Assembly (NCBI GenBank): GCA_011911785.1
Contig: GCA_011911785.1_4084.1
Strand: one strand, 5' to 3'
DNA length: 64,000 nt
Source: a phage
A model generated the notes under the pieces. The model ran no database searches, was not told where the DNA came from, and worked only from the letters and a program-made list of their open reading frames with translations. Position numbers and translations under genes: made by a program. The stretch's first letter is position 1. Each line of letters begins with the position of its first letter. Of this stretch, positions 23,360 through 32,931 are shown piece after piece.

Positions 23360-23601
23360 TGTTAATTTTATACGTTGTACTGATTTTATTAGTTAACTTT
23401 TCTCCAACTATTTTAACTTTAGTATGGGGTAAATTTTATGATGCTGTAAAAGTATTTCTCTTGAATACTGCATGGGTATTGGTAAGTCTGACTCTTTATT
23501 GGTCTACTGATTGGATGATGATTGTGAGTCATATACTACTATATATTTCATTCCTAATGTTGTTCCAAGAAAAAGAAGTACTTGACAAACTTGAAGGTTA
23601 G
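23359..23601 (+). CDS. small membrane protein
   Basis: Internal ATG with AAGGAA upstream; hydrophobic. Confidence 0.45.
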   Translation: MLILYVVLILLVNFSPTILTLVWGKFYDAVKVFLLNTAWVLVSLTLYWSTDWMMIVSHILLYISFLMLFQEKEVLDKLEG

Positions 23602-23610
23602 ACCTATAAT
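23582..23610 (+). promoter_or_regulatory. sigma70-type promoter (TTGACA-17-TATAAT)
   Basis: Consensus hexamers. Confidence 0.55.
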
Positions 23611-23633
23611 ATCCTTCTACTAAGGGGGATATT

Positions 23634-23894
23634 ATGGCAGTAGGGTTTGGTTCACCAGATAACCACCAAGAAACGATACAAGCAACTATTGATAATGCTA
23701 TTGACTTTGCTCGCTCAAATCTGTATAGTGGTGAGTCTGAAGAGTACTGCATCGACTGTGACTGTGAGATACCAGAGAAGCGGAGGTTAGTACTGAAGGG
23801 TGTAAAACGATGTGTTCAGTGTCAATCAAAGGTTGACAAGGTATATCAAGAGCGTTATAATAGACGTGGAAGTAAAGACAGCCAACTCCGTTAA
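23634..23894 (+). CDS. C4 zinc-finger protein (TraR/DksA-like)
   Basis: CIDCDC...CVQC motif near C-terminus. Confidence 0.45.
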   Translation: MAVGFGSPDNHQETIQATIDNAIDFARSNLYSGESEEYCIDCDCEIPEKRRLVLKGVKRCVQCQSKVDKVYQERYNRRGSKDSQLR

Positions 23895-23914
23895 ATTAAT
23901 ATGAGGAACTACTA

Positions 23915-24247
23915 ATGTTATCATTTATTCTTTCTATCCCTTGTTTTGTTCTTCTTTTTGTATTACTTTTTGAAGCATTCCAGAAAGATGAAGAAGTTAA
24001 AAATGACCTACGTAAACTATTCAATCTGGATAGTCCAGTAGTTGGGATCTTTTATGTTTTAGTATGTGTGTATGCTGTTGTGTGGCTATTGGGCTTTTTA
24101 TTACCACTATCTACTGTACTTGCATGGATTTCCGTTGTTGAAAATTTAGTAGCTATTGTATGGTTTATTCAATGTTTGTTTAGTGGTTTGGTTTCTGATT
24201 GGATTTTCTTACTTAAAGTGAAGTTTAAATCAAAATCTGATAAGTAA
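23915..24247 (+). CDS. multi-pass membrane protein
   Basis: Hydrophobic helices; followed by hairpin plus T-run. Confidence 0.5.
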   Translation: MLSFILSIPCFVLLFVLLFEAFQKDEEVKNDLRKLFNLDSPVVGIFYVLVCVYAVVWLLGFLLPLSTVLAWISVVENLVAIVWFIQCLFSGLVSDWIFLLKVKFKSKSDK

Positions 24248-24338
24248 TAACCAAGTACTCATATAAAATACAGAATAGTATTAAATACTTGTGTACTAGT
24301 TAAGTACGCAAGTATTTTTTTATTATTTTGAGGTTAAT

Positions 24339-24704
24339 ATGGGAAAGCTTACAATTATAATAGCCATGATAATGGCACTTAATGTTATGCCAGTTGAAGC
24401 TAACGAGGACGTTGCGTGGTTCGATTGCATAGGAAATGATGGACAGTGGCATACGTTTTCCAGTGATCCATATAATGGTACTGATATACTAATAGATGGT
24501 GAAAATTATCGTTTTGTTAGTGAAAGTAAAATTGGCAACAAAAAGGTATCGACATTTAGAACTGATTCTGGTATAATTGCTAATGTCATACTGATAGTTG
24601 ATCCTGAAAATAATACAGGGGATATATATGTAGTGGTTTACCGTGATCATTCCAATAAAAGAAGTCTGGATCTTGATAAACTTCATTTACATTGTCAAAT
24701 ATAA
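24339..24704 (+). CDS. secreted small protein; paralog of 25090..25443
   Basis: Signal peptide; shared D-I-x-I-D-G-x-Y segment. Confidence 0.5.
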   Translation: MGKLTIIIAMIMALNVMPVEANEDVAWFDCIGNDGQWHTFSSDPYNGTDILIDGENYRFVSESKIGNKKVSTFRTDSGIIANVILIVDPENNTGDIYVVVYRDHSNKRSLDLDKLHLHCQI

Positions 24705-24718
24705 TTTAAGGTAAATCT

Positions 24719-25093
24719 ATGTTCAATAGTATCATTGGGTTCTCATTAGTACTTCCACAAATCATTTTTGGTATTTGTTTTGTAACTTTTATGATGGGGT
24801 CAATCTATGGTATATGGTATTACATTTTAAAACAATCAGATGGAATCATTTTAAAAATAACAATGCATTTTGATGTGGATTCACCAGCATGGAATTCATC
24901 TATTATTACCAATACATTGTATTTTATGATGATCATTTTGGAACAATTGGGATTTGTATCTAATAGTAATGTTTCTATGACCGCAGGTATGGCAAGTATT
25001 TGTTGTTTGTGGTATATTGTTTATAAGATTGATGTGTTGTATAATATGTATCGTGAAATGGTATTGAACAGAGATATGCAGAGGAAAAAATGA
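24719..25093 (+). CDS. multi-pass membrane protein
   Basis: Hydrophobic helices. Confidence 0.5.
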   Translation: MFNSIIGFSLVLPQIIFGICFVTFMMGSIYGIWYYILKQSDGIILKITMHFDVDSPAWNSSIITNTLYFMMIILEQLGFVSNSNVSMTAGMASICCLWYIVYKIDVLYNMYREMVLNRDMQRKK

Positions 25094-25443
25094 TGAAAGT
25101 TATATTATTTTTTATGTGTATTATTATGTGTGGTGTCTCTTATGCTGCACCCTTAGCCGGATTGCTTTGTAAAGAGAATTCTGAACAACACATATTCCAA
25201 GGGGATTCAGATGACCTTGATATCATTTACATCGATGGTACTGAATATACATACGTTAAAGACCATACTGTTGGTGATATCAGTTTCACTGAATATGCAA
25301 AAACAGGTGACACTGATTATAGAGCCTACCTTCAAGTGAATATGATAGAGGGTGAAGACGGAACACAAGAAGTCAAACTCGTACTTAAACGTATTGGAGA
25401 TAAGGAGGCTGATTTTGGAGGTGAGTGTACATATGATGATTGA
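25090..25443 (+). CDS. secreted small protein; paralog of 24339..24704
   Basis: Signal peptide; ATGA overlap. Confidence 0.5.
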   Translation: MMKVILFFMCIIMCGVSYAAPLAGLLCKENSEQHIFQGDSDDLDIIYIDGTEYTYVKDHTVGDISFTEYAKTGDTDYRAYLQVNMIEGEDGTQEVKLVLKRIGDKEADFGGECTYDD

Positions 25444-25450
25444 TTAAAAA

Positions 25451-25483
25451 AGGTTGACTAACGTCAGCCTTTTTTGTTATACT
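25451..25483 (+). terminator. terminator hairpin fused to extended -10 promoter (TGtTATACT)
   Basis: AGGTTGACTAACGTCAGCCT hairpin, T-run, then -10. Confidence 0.6.
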
Positions 25484-25513
25484 TATTCCATATTAATTGA
25501 ATAGGTGCACATC

Positions 25514-25954
25514 ATGATTGTATATCGTTTTGAACTGAAATTCAGCTATATTGAACCAAATCTGGAACCAGCCAAAACGGTAGGTCCATTCGCACGATAT
25601 TCATCACGATACAGTACTGCCAATGGTTTCGACCGTCTGCGTATGACCACACCTACACAATTTCAACCAGAACCCACCGACGATGGAATTTATTCTATAA
25701 AGCGTGGCTGGGCATTTGGATGCCAAAGTTTAAACGACCTGTTCAGATTCTTTACAATGGACTTAGGTAAACTTCATCGTTCAGGATTTTCTGTTTTTGT
25801 GTATGAAGTTCCTGATAACCATGTAGACATTGGACATAACCAAGTGCAGTACTATTGTGGTAGTGCAAAACTACTTCGTATTATGTCAGTAAAGGAAGCT
25901 AAAGAAGAATTTCGTGCCACAAGATTTAATAAGGAAGAGATGGTATATGGATAA
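25514..25954 (+). CDS. hypothetical protein
   Basis: First ATG after composite promoter. Confidence 0.55.
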   Translation: MIVYRFELKFSYIEPNLEPAKTVGPFARYSSRYSTANGFDRLRMTTPTQFQPEPTDDGIYSIKRGWAFGCQSLNDLFRFFTMDLGKLHRSGFSVFVYEVPDNHVDIGHNQVQYYCGSAKLLRIMSVKEAKEEFRATRFNKEEMVYG

Positions 25955-26303
25955 AACATCAACACGATTTGCAAAGTTCTTGAGTTATGAGATACCACAA
26001 GATCCGTATTTCGACCAACGTGACGATGAAGATTACATAAAGTTAACTCGTGAACTACGAAACAAGTTCCAACAGATTTTAAGTTCATACACTAATACAC
26101 ATCCACATTTAAAGTACTTCATTAAGGCAGATATAGATTCAGATGATTCTGAACTATCATTCCTTGAATACACAGTGGAGTGTGTTGGGTATGTACCCGA
26201 TAATAGTGTAATTAATCACAACAAAATAAAGTTCGACTTGTACGCTATTTGTGTTATAATGAATATAATTGCACAAATGAACAACTATTCAATAGGGGAT
26301 TAA
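25947..26303 (+). CDS. hypothetical protein
   Basis: Internal ATG with GGAAGAG upstream. Confidence 0.5.
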   Translation: MDKTSTRFAKFLSYEIPQDPYFDQRDDEDYIKLTRELRNKFQQILSSYTNTHPHLKYFIKADIDSDDSELSFLEYTVECVGYVPDNSVINHNKIKFDLYAICVIMNIIAQMNNYSIGD

Positions 26304-26567
26304 ATGAAACTGAAATTGAACTATCATGGTTTTCGTCTGCGTGATGATGTGGAGTTCCTTCGTCGCACACCAGGTGCTGAGATGTTTTTAACTGAAATGG
26401 GTGTCCCATTTAAAGTCGAGCACATTGGTGACAATGACTGCCTGGTATATGATAATCAACCGGATATCAACGTTCCGTGGTATTCTGAACATATGTACAT
26501 TGATATGGCGGCTCGCTACAACTGTACGTTCGAAATTACATCTAAAGGTATTGCTATTCAATTCTAA
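26304..26567 (+). CDS. hypothetical protein
   Basis: Abuts previous stop. Confidence 0.5.
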   Translation: MKLKLNYHGFRLRDDVEFLRRTPGAEMFLTEMGVPFKVEHIGDNDCLVYDNQPDINVPWYSEHMYIDMAARYNCTFEITSKGIAIQF

Positions 26568-26588
26568 TAGTCTGATGGACACGAGTAA

Positions 26589-26813
26589 ATGAAATACATG
26601 CTGGTGGCATTAATGTTTGTGAGCACGATAGTACAAGCCAGAATCAAGTACTTTGTGAAGTGTACAAACGTTAGCGGTGGCTACACAGAGACATATCAGG
26701 GTAAGTCGGTTAAGATGGCAATACACAATGATAGAGGAACAGTGATTTTCCTTGTGAATGATATAATCATTTTGTACAAACCAGATGTACCATGTGAAGT
26801 AAAAAGATATTAA
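26589..26813 (+). CDS. secreted small protein
   Basis: Signal peptide. Confidence 0.5.
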   Translation: MKYMLVALMFVSTIVQARIKYFVKCTNVSGGYTETYQGKSVKMAIHNDRGTVIFLVNDIIILYKPDVPCEVKRY

Positions 26814-26819
26814 ACTACG

Positions 26820-26850
26820 GGGTTGGCATAAGTCAGCCCTTTTGTATAAT
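26820..26850 (+). terminator. terminator hairpin fused to -10 (TGTATAAT)
   Basis: GGGTTGGC-ATAA-GTCAGCCC hairpin with wobble pairs, T-run, TATAAT. Confidence 0.55.
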
Positions 26851-26858
26851 GGTGACTT

Positions 26859-27437
26859 ATGAACCGTAAAGGTAAGTTTAAAGTATCAAAGAAGAATAAA
26901 AGTGGAAGGTTCAATGATATATGCTTAGGTTTTATCAAAGCACACAATAAACTTTCTGCCCTGAGTAGAAAGATAGTATCTAACAAGATTGATATTAGAT
27001 ATATAAGTACTAACAATAGTACAGGGAAAGATGCACATCCAACTGAAAATATTATTTCAGTATCCTTCGTATACGATGGTCTGGACATTACGATAGATGA
27101 TTACAGACGATACGGTACTGGGTTTATACGTATCTATTGCAGAGATGCATCTGATAAGCCGGAACGTATTCGTATTATCGGTACATTGAGTGCTGGTATA
27201 TTTGAGTGGGAGATTGTTCAACTTAAAACTATCGATGAGTACACCACAAGTTCTAATATTATTGAGTTGAATTGTAATGTGAAAGACCTCCCAAACTTGA
27301 GCGAAGAAGAATATTTTCAAGAAAGCTTGCTAACGCCAAATTTGGATGATATAATTAAACAATATAAGACAATGGTGTACTTCTTCAAATGTATCAAACC
27401 TAAGACTTGTTTGATGAATATTGTCCGTGATCTATAA
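26859..27437 (+). CDS. hypothetical protein, EE-YFQ-S module family (SEEEYFQES)
   Basis: ATG 8 nt after the -10 (possible leaderless start); conserved C-terminal module. Confidence 0.5.
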   Translation: MNRKGKFKVSKKNKSGRFNDICLGFIKAHNKLSALSRKIVSNKIDIRYISTNNSTGKDAHPTENIISVSFVYDGLDITIDDYRRYGTGFIRIYCRDASDKPERIRIIGTLSAGIFEWEIVQLKTIDEYTTSSNIIELNCNVKDLPNLSEEEYFQESLLTPNLDDIIKQYKTMVYFFKCIKPKTCLMNIVRDL

Positions 27438-27448
27438 CAGGAAAAACT

Positions 27449-27880
27449 ATGTGGGTTAACGTTAATAGTACTGAACTTAATGAAATTGATATCTTTGCAT
27501 TTGTTAATCTGGAAACTGATACCTTTGTTCGTGGACGTTTGTTCATGAGTTCTGCCTGTGTTCGCAGTATTGCAGTTATGGATGAACTCGGTCAGGTAAT
27601 TGAGTGCCTACCATTACCTGCATGGGCATATAGCAGTACTGAAGAAGATGTAATGCATAAGATCTTTGAAGGGATCAATAAGCTACCAGGTGCAGATGTG
27701 AAGAATAAGATATTCAACATTGAGAATAAGAACTACAGTGCAGATGTACTGCGTCCTTTAGTTGATTCAGTACTGCAAGCTGCATTAGCTAAACCTAAGT
27801 GCATTATTTTAAAGTACATTCCAGAACTTTCCCTAACTAAAGAGGATATGAAAGGATTTATATTCTCATCGGAGTTGTGA
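27449..27880 (+). CDS. hypothetical protein
   Basis: ATG after GGAAAAAC. Confidence 0.55.
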   Translation: MWVNVNSTELNEIDIFAFVNLETDTFVRGRLFMSSACVRSIAVMDELGQVIECLPLPAWAYSSTEEDVMHKIFEGINKLPGADVKNKIFNIENKNYSADVLRPLVDSVLQAALAKPKCIILKYIPELSLTKEDMKGFIFSSEL

Positions 27881-28104
27881 TGAAAAGGTATAAAATTGAA
27901 TACCTACTTAAAGTAAGAGAGAAAAGTATTAGTAGTGAGAAATACACCAGTGAGATATTCGTCAGAGATGAGTATTACATTGGTGAAAATGAAGTTGAAG
28001 TACTGTTACAATGCATAGAAAATGAATTTCGAGATATGACACGTTATATGTCATTTGAGATATCGTGTGCAAAAGTTACATTCTTGAACAATACTTCATA
28101 TTAA
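27877..28104 (+). CDS. hypothetical protein
   Basis: GTGA overlap. Confidence 0.5.
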   Translation: MMKRYKIEYLLKVREKSISSEKYTSEIFVRDEYYIGENEVEVLLQCIENEFRDMTRYMSFEISCAKVTFLNNTSY

Positions 28105-28108
28105 AAAA

Positions 28109-28133
28109 GGGTTGACTTTTGTTGACCCTTTTT
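28109..28133 (+). terminator. intrinsic terminator (GGGTTGAC-TTTT-GTTGACCC plus T-run)
   Basis: Hairpin with wobble pairs plus T5. Confidence 0.6.
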
Positions 28134-28175
28134 GCTATTCTATAAATATGACATAGAGGTAACATTTAATAATCT

Positions 28176-29726
28176 ATGGAGAAAAAAATGCCAGATAATT
28201 TTAAATCAAAAAGTGGGGCAACACTTTCTGGACATTCGGAGAAATGGGCTGAAAAAAATCGTCGCCAATCAAGTCATGACGCAGGTCAAGGTTCCCGTGG
28301 CTCTCGCAACCAAGGAACGGGAGAAGCGGGGAAAGCAAACACAGTTGCATCACAGGGTCTTGATACTTCAAACATGTCCCAGCATGAAAAATTGAAGTAC
28401 TTCAATAGTCTTGGTCTTTTAAATCCGCAGCAGAAGCAACAACTTGCTGCTCTGGATAAAGCACAAGAACAACCTAAAGCAGCACCTGAAGCACCTGCAC
28501 AGCCTAAAGCGGCTAATCCGGTAAAAGAACTAAGTGATAAACTTGGGAAGATCTTTGCTAACAAACCACAACTAATTCAAGGTATCGTAAAAGCACTTCA
28601 AGCGGTTCCTAAAGAACAACTCAAGGATAAAGCACAAGCTGTTCTTGATAGTATGAAAGGGAATACCAGTACTGAACCAACTGAAGTATTCAGTACTATC
28701 ATGCGTGCACTTGAAGGTAAGCCACAGGCTGATGATGATATTGAGTTTGATGAACCTGCACAAGAAGTAGCAAATCTTGACTCAATCGTTTCTACATTTG
28801 GAAAAATTGGTGCAGAAGATAAGACTAATGCACAACAAGTTAAGAATGTACAAGCTAAGTTACAAAATCGTCTTGAAGGTAAAGATGAAAAGATTAAACT
28901 TGCAGCAGATGCGTTGAAGAAAGCATTAGAATCATATAAACCTGGTGAGAAATCTCGCTTCATTACTGCAATGAATGCAGTATTCGGTGCAATGAAGAAG
29001 TATGAAGCTGAACACGGTGAGAAAGTAACTCCTGATGGATATCTCCTTCGCAAAGATGAAGAAGGTGCTGTTGACCAGAAGAACGCTGAACCAGACTATA
29101 GTGATTTACCGGATACAGTTGATATGGATGGATACATTCATCGTCCTGATATGCAAGAATTTGGTTCAGACAAAGAAGGTTTTGAACATGCTATGGCTGT
29201 GTACAAAGCATTAGTCGATAATCCACAATATGCAAATAGTTTTGTAGATGAGTTTGATAGTGCATGGAACAACTACCAAGACAAAGGATATGATTTCCCA
29301 GCAGAAGCAGCATTCTTTGAACTAGGTAAACTTCTTGCTAAAAATGGTATTAATGTTGGTTCTAATGGTGAAGCAAACACTTCGGAAATGGACGCTGAAT
29401 TGGCTAAAGATCGTAAAATGACTGATAAGTCAATTCATGAACTACAAAAGCTAATGATGTGGATTGCTGAAATTGGCAAGAAAGCTGGTGCAGATCCTAA
29501 GAGCATTAACAGCAATATTAGTTGGATTAAACATAAGGTTGATAACAATGCCCGTAAATTACAAAAGGCATGGACCGACCTAGTGAATGGTGCAGACGAT
29601 GTTGATATCGATTCACCAGAAGCATACGAGTACGCATTGAACACACTTGATAACTCTTTCCAGGATTACGAAAATGGTAACGTAACTGATTGGGAAAAGG
29701 ATATCATGCATAAGTACGGTAAATGA
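28176..29726 (+). CDS. hypothetical 516-aa charged, Ala/Lys/Glu-rich protein
   Basis: ATG after GGAGAAAAAA; bracketed by terminators; likely helical from composition. Confidence 0.65.
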   Translation: MEKKMPDNFKSKSGATLSGHSEKWAEKNRRQSSHDAGQGSRGSRNQGTGEAGKANTVASQGLDTSNMSQHEKLKYFNSLGLLNPQQKQQLAALDKAQEQPKAAPEAPAQPKAANPVKELSDKLGKIFANKPQLIQGIVKALQAVPKEQLKDKAQAVLDSMKGNTSTEPTEVFSTIMRALEGKPQADDDIEFDEPAQEVANLDSIVSTFGKIGAEDKTNAQQVKNVQAKLQNRLEGKDEKIKLAADALKKALESYKPGEKSRFITAMNAVFGAMKKYEAEHGEKVTPDGYLLRKDEEGAVDQKNAEPDYSDLPDTVDMDGYIHRPDMQEFGSDKEGFEHAMAVYKALVDNPQYANSFVDEFDSAWNNYQDKGYDFPAEAAFFELGKLLAKNGINVGSNGEANTSEMDAELAKDRKMTDKSIHELQKLMMWIAEIGKKAGADPKSINSNISWIKHKVDNNARKLQKAWTDLVNGADDVDIDSPEAYEYALNTLDNSFQDYENGNVTDWEKDIMHKYGK

Positions 29727-29735
29727 TAAAAAAAG

Positions 29736-29768
29736 AGGTTGACTTCGGTCAGCCTTTTTTGCTATAAT
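29736..29768 (+). terminator. terminator hairpin (UUCG loop) fused to extended -10 promoter (TGcTATAAT)
   Basis: AGGTTGACTTCGGTCAGCCT, T6, TGCTATAAT. Confidence 0.7.
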
Positions 29769-29795
29769 ACTCACATAACCTAAAGGAGAAACTCT

Positions 29796-30071
29796 ATGAA
29801 CACCTACGAACGTTTAGTTGGCTCAATGCGTTATGAAGAAATTTTAAGTGATATTGAAGAACTGAAAGACTCTAAAAGTTACATCCACTTAGATGAACTT
29901 ATCGTGAAGTATGGGGAGGTTGGTGCAAAAGAATTAATTTGCTTTATGGTTCATGTTCGAAATTTAAATTACTTTGATCTTTCATCGAAGAACGGTGAAC
30001 CGAATCTTTATTATCTATATTATTTGAAACATAAAGATGCATGTAATAAATTATTCTTAGAACTTTTATAA
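29796..30071 (+). CDS. hypothetical protein
   Basis: ATG after AAAGGAGAA. Confidence 0.55.
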   Translation: MNTYERLVGSMRYEEILSDIEELKDSKSYIHLDELIVKYGEVGAKELICFMVHVRNLNYFDLSSKNGEPNLYYLYYLKHKDACNKLFLELL

Positions 30072-30084
30072 CTGGAGATATCTA

Positions 30085-30345
30085 ATGCAAAACCCTGAAT
30101 TGAAAATGTTTACACAAATCCGTCTTGCTCGTGTTGAACATGACACTAACTATGTACTGAACGATGGTCCTCCACAACGCGTTGAAGTTGGTTATATTGA
30201 CGTTGATAATTCACAATCTCTTCTGATTACCATTGGATCTAACTCTTACAGTGTTGCTACACTGGAGAGTGTATTGTCCCTGGCACAATCCGCAAGGATT
30301 GCCCGTAACGCTCTTATGAACTGTGATGAACCTGATAATGAATGA
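30085..30345 (+). CDS. hypothetical protein
   Basis: ATG after GGAGATATCTA. Confidence 0.55.
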   Translation: MQNPELKMFTQIRLARVEHDTNYVLNDGPPQRVEVGYIDVDNSQSLLITIGSNSYSVATLESVLSLAQSARIARNALMNCDEPDNE

Positions 30346-30676
30346 TTATATGTATGAATTAAACCTGGTATCGTTTATCGTATCAGGACTAGGATGGATG
30401 TACTATATGCTTGGGTATATTTTATTATTCTTCCGATACAATACATTCTACAAACGCTATTGGGATGATGCACCAATTCACTTCTTCGCATTTGTATTCT
30501 TAACTATGGCAGTGGGTGAAGTACTGCTAACTGGTATCCAAAGTACTGGTGGAATGATGTGCACACTAACAACATTCTTTGTTGTTTTTGGGACTGTAGT
30601 TTGGTTTTTCGCGTGGGGACTCTTCTCTTTGATTATGAAACTTGAGAAACTCCGAGACAAATTACCAGAGCGTTGA
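30323..30676 (+). CDS. multi-pass membrane protein (start uncertain)
   Basis: Hydrophobic; overlaps end of previous gene. Confidence 0.45.
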   Translation: MMNLIMNDYMYELNLVSFIVSGLGWMYYMLGYILLFFRYNTFYKRYWDDAPIHFFAFVFLTMAVGEVLLTGIQSTGGMMCTLTTFFVVFGTVVWFFAWGLFSLIMKLEKLRDKLPER

Positions 30677-30686
30677 TGAAAAGTAT

Positions 30687-30714
30687 TTGACAAACTCAAC
30701 TAGTACTGTATAAT
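30687..30714 (+). promoter_or_regulatory. sigma70-type promoter (TTGACA-16-TATAAT) with leader hairpin
   Basis: Hexamers; GGGATGA/TCATCCC hairpin at 30725-30743 before SD. Confidence 0.6.
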
Positions 30715-30761
30715 GTTTATCAAGGGGATGAACTTCTCATCCCTTCAATCGAGGAACTACC

Positions 30762-31316
30762 ATGATTACTTTTAAGAAAACTGCCAACCACATCCATGAA
30801 ATCTACATTAACGGTCACAAAGCTGGCCTTCTTCGTTTACTCGCCCATCATCCTGATGCTACCGTATCTGATAATGAACCTAAAGATTGGCGTGTCTTTT
30901 TCTTTGGGAAGTACAGTGATTTTCAAGTATCAAACCTGAAGAACATTCGTTCAGTGTGTACGTTAACTGAAATTAAAGAAAAATTAGCAGAAGCATTGAA
31001 AACTAATCTAGATGGAGTTCTTCCACCTGATAACTTTGTAGAGAAAGGTTATGCCTTAGCTCATTTCAAAGATGGAACTATTCAATCTATCTATACTGCA
31101 TATGAATATCAATGGACTGAGTACTTCACTTATGGCTCCCGTGATACTTTGATGGCTTCACGTAGTAAATTGGAAGAAGTATTAACTATTATAAATGAAC
31201 GTGAACGTCATTTATATGATAAACCTGAAATGTGGAGTTCAACTTACATTGACCGTATTGACTATGTTATGATGACTCCAATCTTTGACACTGCTTACTA
31301 TGATTCTATGAAATAA
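30762..31316 (+). CDS. hypothetical protein
   Basis: ATG after GAGGAACTACC. Confidence 0.6.
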   Translation: MITFKKTANHIHEIYINGHKAGLLRLLAHHPDATVSDNEPKDWRVFFFGKYSDFQVSNLKNIRSVCTLTEIKEKLAEALKTNLDGVLPPDNFVEKGYALAHFKDGTIQSIYTAYEYQWTEYFTYGSRDTLMASRSKLEEVLTIINERERHLYDKPEMWSSTYIDRIDYVMMTPIFDTAYYDSMK

Positions 31317-31327
31317 GGATAACTTAT

Positions 31328-31504
31328 ATGAAACTACGTACTCGCAATCGTTTGATGGATGAACTGTACCACGAACGCTATACATTGAATGAAGTAAAGC
31401 GTCAGTTAATGCATACCTATCAGTTACCAGCCCGTGCAGCGAAACAACGTGCTAACGAATTGCTGAAAGAAGCAATCGAGTACTGGGAATCTGATTCGTA
31501 CTAA
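31328..31504 (+). CDS. small basic protein (58 aa)
   Basis: ATG after AAGGATAA; below ORF-track size cutoff. Confidence 0.4.
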   Translation: MKLRTRNRLMDELYHERYTLNEVKRQLMHTYQLPARAAKQRANELLKEAIEYWESDSY

Positions 31505-31543
31505 TATTACGTGATATGTCACGTTAATTAAGTGAGGCGATAA

Positions 31544-31795
31544 ATGAAAATTTTATTAGTTCTAATACTACTAATTGTTTTACCATTTACTTTAGTATCC
31601 CCTGAACTTGCATGGAATGTGTTTGTGTACTTAGTATGTACTATTGTAGTAAATGGTATCTTGTTCTTAGTTCTATTCATAAATGGAATAGGACACGGTG
31701 GAGGATGGACCAGTACTGCTGATATTGTACATAAAACCACTATGTCTTTATTTGTAGTGTGGAATTTATTCTGGACTTGGTTTGTGTTCTTCTAA
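31544..31795 (+). CDS. small multi-pass membrane protein
   Basis: ATG after GAGGCGATAA; hydrophobic. Confidence 0.5.
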   Translation: MKILLVLILLIVLPFTLVSPELAWNVFVYLVCTIVVNGILFLVLFINGIGHGGGWTSTADIVHKTTMSLFVVWNLFWTWFVFF

Positions 31796-31803
31796 TTAAA
31801 AAT

Positions 31804-32175
31804 ATGAATATAGATTTGAAAGGTGCAACCAGAACTGTTATCCTTATTGGGGATTATGCTATCAAGATTCCAACCTTCAAAAGCTGGAAGTTATTCCTAA
31901 CTGGAATGATAGCTAACCTCAATGAACGCTCATGGATGCAGTACTCCAAGCGTAGTGACAGTGGGATATGTCCTACTCTGTGGTCATCGCGAACTGGCTT
32001 AATAACAGTACAGAAACGTTGTAAGCCAGTACAACATAGGGGTTTGTTTTGGGTGGAGTTGAGTGCATTAGCATTGAATTCAGAGTTGAGTACTGACTTC
32101 TTCTATTCAGATGCGAAGCCAGAAAACTTTGGATATTTGAATGGTAAGTTAGTTAAGCTTGATTATGGAGATTAA
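31804..32175 (+). CDS. small protein with kinase-like motifs (DAKPEN, DYGD)
   Basis: Motifs resemble kinase catalytic loop and DFG; only ~124 aa, assignment tentative. Confidence 0.4.
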   Translation: MNIDLKGATRTVILIGDYAIKIPTFKSWKLFLTGMIANLNERSWMQYSKRSDSGICPTLWSSRTGLITVQKRCKPVQHRGLFWVELSALALNSELSTDFFYSDAKPENFGYLNGKLVKLDYGD

Positions 32176-32202
32176 TATGTACGCATTGTATAATAAAGAA
32201 AA

Positions 32203-32235
32203 GGGTTGACTTCAGTCAGCCCTTTTTGCTATAAT
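32203..32235 (+). terminator. terminator hairpin fused to extended -10 promoter (TGcTATAAT)
   Basis: GGGTTGACTTCAGTCAGCCC, T5, TGCTATAAT. Confidence 0.7.
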
Positions 32236-32263
32236 TATTTCATCGAAACGAGAGGATGAATAC

Positions 32264-32701
32264 ATGACACGCATTAACTTAGTACACGTTAAAGAACTTG
32301 CTGACCAACATCTGATGGCTGAATATCGTGAACTTCCACGTGTGTTTGGTGCTGTACAAAAACATGTTCAAGCACGTAAGCGTGTACGTGATTTCAAAAT
32401 TAACAGTACTTATCTGTTAGGTTCAGGTCATGTAACATTCTTCTACGACAAGTTACTGTACTTACAGAAGCGTCATATTGATATTGTTAACGAATGTTTG
32501 CGTCGTGGTATGAAGATTCAAAACACTGAAGTAAACGACATTAGCGGCTTCCCTGCTGAGTTTTGTAATGACTACGTACCATCGGAGTCCGAGATTAAAA
32601 CATCACGCGAGCGTTTGATTGAGAAGCTTCAGATGAAGCCTAAGTGGTATAAGTTTACTGATGTTGAGCTACCTGTATATTATGTTGATATGATACAATG
32701 A
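32264..32701 (+). CDS. denV: endonuclease V (pyrimidine dimer DNA glycosylase/AP lyase), T4 DenV-like
   Basis: [35 protein letters not shown]...[10 protein letters not shown] matches T4 endonuclease V as recalled from memory along most of its length. Confidence 0.9.
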   Translation: MTRINLVHVKELADQHLMAEYRELPRVFGAVQKHVQARKRVRDFKINSTYLLGSGHVTFFYDKLLYLQKRHIDIVNECLRRGMKIQNTEVNDISGFPAEFCNDYVPSESEIKTSRERLIEKLQMKPKWYKFTDVELPVYYVDMIQ

Positions 32702-32925
32702 ATGATGAAGAATTCAAAAAATATGCGATTGAGAAGCTTGATTCATACAAGCCACGCGAAACGTATAAATTTAATCCTGATAAAACAAAAGCATCTATAA
32801 GATGGTTGATTAATTCACCCAAATATACATTTGATGAAAAATATTCATGGATAGTGCAATGTAGTGATTATGAGGATTTGGTATATAATATTAAACTGTG
32901 TTGGTATGAATACAACAATAAATGA
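32698..32925 (+). CDS. hypothetical protein
   Basis: ATGA overlap with denV. Confidence 0.5.
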   Translation: MNDEEFKKYAIEKLDSYKPRETYKFNPDKTKASIRWLINSPKYTFDEKYSWIVQCSDYEDLVYNIKLCWYEYNNK

Positions 32926-32931
32926 TATAAG

